Shown in pieces: positions 61,563 to 64,000 of a stretch of 64,000 nucleotides of DNA. The DNA comes from Alphaproteobacteria bacterium (lineage in GTDB: Bacteria; Pseudomonadota; Alphaproteobacteria; Rs-D84): contig JAFRSV010000007.1 in assembly GCA_017427405.1 (NCBI GenBank), positions 5 through 64,004 on the forward strand, in the 5' to 3' direction. Numbering within the stretch: position 1 is the stretch's first letter; every line of letters begins with the position of its first letter. Made by a program: the position numbers and the translations under genes. Below the pieces are notes generated by a model, which did no database searches, was not told the DNA's origin, and saw nothing but the letters and a program-made list of their open reading frames with translations.

Positions 61563-62039
61563 TTACTCCTTTTTGTTATCTTTACGTCGTTTGGCAAAGA
61601 ATTCGCGCAGCAATCCGGCGGACGCATCCGCGTATTCCGGCAATTGCACTATGTTTGGGTGCCAAAGGTGTCGGTCATTATCGAACACGCGTGCGTTTGC
61701 GGTAATACCGCCGCCCTTGTCATCCGTCGCCGCAAAATAGATATTGCGGATTCGCGCAAATGAAATTGCAGTTGCGCACATTGCACACGGTTCCAATGAA
61801 ACATAAATATCGCAATCGTCCAGGAACTTTTGCCCCAGTTTTTTACATGCGCGGTTTATCGCGACGATTTCCGCGTGCAATGTTGGGTTCATCTTTCGTT
61901 GGACCAAGTTTTCACCACGCGCGATAATTTTCCCGTCGCGGACAATTACCGCACCAACCGGAACATCGCCACCCGCGCCCGCGCGCCGTGCCAAATTTAA
62001 AACTTGCGTCATTATGTTCATTGCTATAAAGTGTAGCAT
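61563..62039 (-). CDS. tadA: tRNA adenosine(34) deaminase
   Basis: CDA zinc motifs HAEIVAI and PCAMCA. 158 aa if started at 62039. Internal ATGs at 62021 or 62012 are equally possible. Confidence 0.88.
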   Translation of the reverse strand: MLHFIAMNIMTQVLNLARRAGAGGDVPVGAVIVRDGKIIARGENLVQRKMNPTLHAEIVAINRACKKLGQKFLDDCDIYVSLEPCAMCATAISFARIRNIYFAATDDKGGGITANARVFDNDRHLWHPNIVQLPEYADASAGLLREFFAKRRKDNKKE

Positions 62040-62606
62040 ATGGATTCAAAATTGCAAATTATTTCCGGGGAATTACGCGCGCGAAAGTTGCGGGTGCCCC
62101 AGTCTGCGCGTCCAACCCAGAATATGGCGCGGGCGGCGGTGTTTAATATGCTTGCCGAAATACTGGTGGAACCGTATCAAAAATCGGCGGTTTGGGACGC
62201 GTTTGCCGGGTCCGGTGCGTTGGGAATCGAAGTCTTGTCGCGATATAATGATTCGACCGCGATTTTTACCGATGTTTCGGATGATTCTTTGAACGCGGTG
62301 CGACAAAATGTTCGTGATATTGATTGGGCGCGGGTTAAAATTGATGCGTCTGACGCGGCAAATCGTATCTGGAAATATGCGCCGAGCGTGAATTTGGTTT
62401 TTGTTGATCCGCCATATGAAGATGCGCGTGTTGGAATTGACTTTGTGGCAAATTTGTCGGATTCTGTGCGTGCAGGTACGATTGTTGTTCAAGAAATCGA
62501 AAAGGTTGTGCCCTATTCGCCCGATGAAACAAAATGGGAAATTTTGCGTGATAAAACATACGGCCGGGCGCGTTTTTTGATTTTGCGGCGGCGCGGCAAT
62601 AAATAA
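62040..62606 (+). CDS. rsmD: 16S rRNA (guanine966-N2)-methyltransferase
   Basis: 188 aa. IISGELRARKL..P....RPT, SAM motif DAFAGSGALGIE, catalytic VFVDPPY. Confidence 0.88.
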   Translation: MDSKLQIISGELRARKLRVPQSARPTQNMARAAVFNMLAEILVEPYQKSAVWDAFAGSGALGIEVLSRYNDSTAIFTDVSDDSLNAVRQNVRDIDWARVKIDASDAANRIWKYAPSVNLVFVDPPYEDARVGIDFVANLSDSVRAGTIVVQEIEKVVPYSPDETKWEILRDKTYGRARFLILRRRGNK

Positions 62607-62607
62607 C

Positions 62608-62636
62608 TTGCATTTTCAATAATTTTGGTGCATAAT
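62608..62636 (+). promoter_or_regulatory. Candidate rplY promoter
   Basis: TTGCAT (62608-62613), 17-nt spacer, CATAAT (62631-62636). Followed by the 5'-UTR hairpin CGCACAAC/GTTGTGCG (62643-62668). Confidence 0.45.
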
Positions 62637-62700
62637 ACGGTCCGCACAACACCCTTGGAGGTTGTGCGACATAAAAAATGATAAATCAAAAGGATAAAAA

Positions 62701-63330
62701 ATGGCAATTGAATTAAATGCAGAAATTCGCAACGTTGCCGGCAAGGGGGCCGCACGTGCAATTCGTAATAACAAAAATATCCCCGCCGTCATTTATGGCG
62801 AAAAGAAAGATCCGGTCGCAATCGAAATTTCTGGCCGTGATTTTGCGCCGATTGTTCAAATTCCGGCGTTACGGACAAAACTGTTTCATATTACGACAAA
62901 AAATGGTAAAGAAGACGCAATGTTGATGGATATTCAATATCATCCGGTGTCTGATAAAATCGTTCATGTTGATTTCAAACGCATCGATGTTAAAAAGCCT
63001 GTTTGCGTTTCGGTGCCGGTAGAGGTTATAAATGTCGACACGTCCAAGGGATTAAAATTGGGGGGTGTTTTGAACTTTGCGGTGCGTAAGGTTTCGTTGG
63101 TCGCACTGGTTGATAAATTACCGGAAAAAATCGTCCTTGATTTGGCGGATTTAACAATTGGTGACACCGTCCACGGTTCGGATTTGGTTTTGCCGGACGG
63201 CGTGGCACTGGGCCTGCACCAGGCGGAATTGGCGTTCGCCACAATCGGTGGTAAGATGCCGGAAGAAGCCGATGCGAAGAAACCGGCGGCGGCAACCGCG
63301 GCACCTGCAGCGGCACCGGCCAAGAAATAA
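62701..63330 (+). CDS. rplY: 50S ribosomal protein L25 (Ctc form)
   Basis: 209 aa. N-terminal L25 domain (RNVAGKGAARAIRNNKNIPAVIYG), Ctc C-domain, Ala/Pro/Lys-rich tail AAATAAPAAAPAKK. Confidence 0.93.
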   Translation: MAIELNAEIRNVAGKGAARAIRNNKNIPAVIYGEKKDPVAIEISGRDFAPIVQIPALRTKLFHITTKNGKEDAMLMDIQYHPVSDKIVHVDFKRIDVKKPVCVSVPVEVINVDTSKGLKLGGVLNFAVRKVSLVALVDKLPEKIVLDLADLTIGDTVHGSDLVLPDGVALGLHQAELAFATIGGKMPEEADAKKPAAATAAPAAAPAKK

Positions 63331-63368
63331 TTAGTGGTTAGTGTAAGTGATAAGTGTAAGTGTTAGTG
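63331..63368 (+). repeat. GTNAGT-family array immediately after the rplY stop codon
   Basis: TTAGTGGTTAGTGTAAGTGATAAGTGTAAGTGTTAGTG. It is followed by almost the same GC hairpin as at 12431-12447. Confidence 0.85.
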
Positions 63369-63394
63369 CGGGCGCGATTGCGCCCGTATTTTTT
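63369..63394 (+). terminator. Rho-independent terminator of rplY
   Basis: CGGGCGCGATTGCGCCCG hairpin followed by TATTTTTT. Confidence 0.8.
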
Positions 63395-63396
63395 AC

Positions 63397-63426
63397 TTGA
63401 CCTGAAATTATAAAATCTGATAAAAT
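63397..63426 (+). promoter_or_regulatory. Candidate promoter driving the 63.43-63.67 kb structured RNA/leader
   Basis: TTGACC (63397-63402), 18-nt spacer, TAAAAT (63421-63426). Same CTTGACC -35 as the secA promoter candidate. Confidence 0.45.
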
Positions 63427-63432
63427 GTTTTC

Positions 63433-63671
63433 GAACCGGGTGGGAACTTGGTTCGGGGCTTTGACAGGCCCAGCATTCTCGGTGCATGGCATCGTAATCC
63501 GTTCGTGTTTTTCGTGCGTGATTTTTCCATGCTTTTGCATCGTAAAAAAATACCCCGAATGGTTCGGGGTGCCGATGGTGATACAACAGGGTTCGCCCGA
63601 AAACCGTCGGGATCATCGGAATGCTGATTTGTCAACACCCCGACCGCTTGGTTTCCCAAAGGCGGTTTTTT
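63433..63671 (+). ncRNA. Candidate structured sRNA or terminator-containing 5' leader (class unknown)
   Basis: Bounded by a promoter-like element and by terminator CCGCTTGG-TTTC-CCAAAGGCGG plus T6 (63644-63671). Long-range helix GGGG..TTGACA..AGCATTC (63455-63478) pairs with GAATGCT..TGTCAA..CCCC (63619-63641). The helix encloses several hairpins. The only ORF here (91 aa) has implausible composition. Confidence 0.4.
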
Positions 63672-63703
63672 GTTATGTAAAAAGGAAAAAAGGAGAGTAA
63701 ATC

Positions 63704-64000
63704 ATGCGAATCGGAAATTTATTGTTGTGCGGAATTGTTATGATTGGCACCGCATATGCGGAAACGACACCGGCCGACCGTAAGACTGTATCGTCCAAGG
63801 CATACGTTGATACATCGGTTGAAACACGACAACAGAAAATTCCCGCCGCAAATCCGAATAATACAAATATCGGTGTTTCGGTTGTGATGTACACCGAAGA
63901 TGGCGATGGTGAAATTGGCGAACGTGGAATATATGATAACCCCGCCAATTATACCGCGGGCACAGACGCGAATAAATTGGTGACCGCATCGGCACTGAAA
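63704..64000 (+). CDS. Secreted protein, 5' partial (runs off window), YVD-motif family
   Basis: RBS AGGAGAG 6 nt upstream of ATG 63704. Signal peptide MRIGNLLLCGIVMIGTAYA. SKAYVDTSVETRQQKI resembles the K.YVD motifs of the 1989-aa fibre. Open to the last base (99 codons). Confidence 0.7.
   Translation, partial: MRIGNLLLCGIVMIGTAYAETTPADRKTVSSKAYVDTSVETRQQKIPAANPNNTNIGVSVVMYTEDGDGEIGERGIYDNPANYTAGTDANKLVTASALK

Noticed and set aside
63433-63671. tmRNA (including two-piece alphaproteobacterial form), 6S RNA, SRP RNA or c-di-GMP riboswitch
   Set aside because: There is no tRNA-like T-arm (GGTTCGAATCC) or terminal CCA. There is no ANDN...AA-type tag reading frame, no SRP GGAA/AGCA motif and no GEMM-like GCAAA/CGCAAAGC motifs. 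Only GGTGCATG and CGTAAAAA resemble E. coli tmRNA, which is too little. I kept it as an unclassified RNA candidate.
1-64000. Diversity-generating retroelement, retron, toxin-antitoxin, restriction-modification or other defence systems
   Set aside because: I recognised no reverse transcriptase, nuclease, methylase or paired small toxin/antitoxin ORFs. The internal repeats of the giant ORF are diverged at the protein level rather than showing template/variable-repeat adenine-specific differences.

Overview
64-kb chromosomal window from a moderately AT-rich Gram-negative bacterium. The core genes are tRNA-Pro, argS, an EnvZ/OmpR-like pair, ruvB-ybgC-tolQ-tolR-tolA, type-A RNase P RNA, secA, dnaE-rsmH, gpmI, tadA, rsmD and a Ctc-type L25. 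Their content and order suggest a proteobacterium, probably alphaproteobacterium-like and possibly host-associated (inference only). The unusual feature is that about 40 of the 64 kb encode Sec-signal-bearing giant or fibre-like proteins wedged between these housekeeping genes. (i) An uninterrupted 20,550-nt ORF (6,849 aa) is built from dozens of Listeria-Bacteroides-type repeats, two PKD-like plus ~26-residue LRR blocks, eukaryote-like Cys-rich repeats and large internal duplications. (ii) A tightly packed five-gene operon (42.4-59.0 kb; 762, 1,989, 1,414, 575 and 752 aa) encodes signal-peptide proteins that mix phage-tail-fibre-like repeats, short collagen GXY runs and unassigned Cys-rich modules. 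It has its own near-consensus promoter overlapped by a palindrome, and no phage, secretion-system or mobility genes lie nearby. This operon is my best candidate for an undescribed extracellular fibre/adhesion system. (iii) A 1,027-aa protein combines EGF-like units with an OmpA-like domain. (iv) The 5' end of another YVD-motif secreted protein lies at the window edge. Intergenic DNA carries a distinctive repeat family of (GTAAGT/GTTAGT)n arrays placed at stop codons and followed by GC hairpins. It also carries a 45-bp tandem repeat, a CGTGATT motif shared by the promoters of the big secreted-protein loci, and a ~240-nt promoter-to-terminator structured RNA candidate. I saw no transposase, integrase, CRISPR array or recognisable defence genes. 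All domain calls come from motif recognition by eye; no searches were run.
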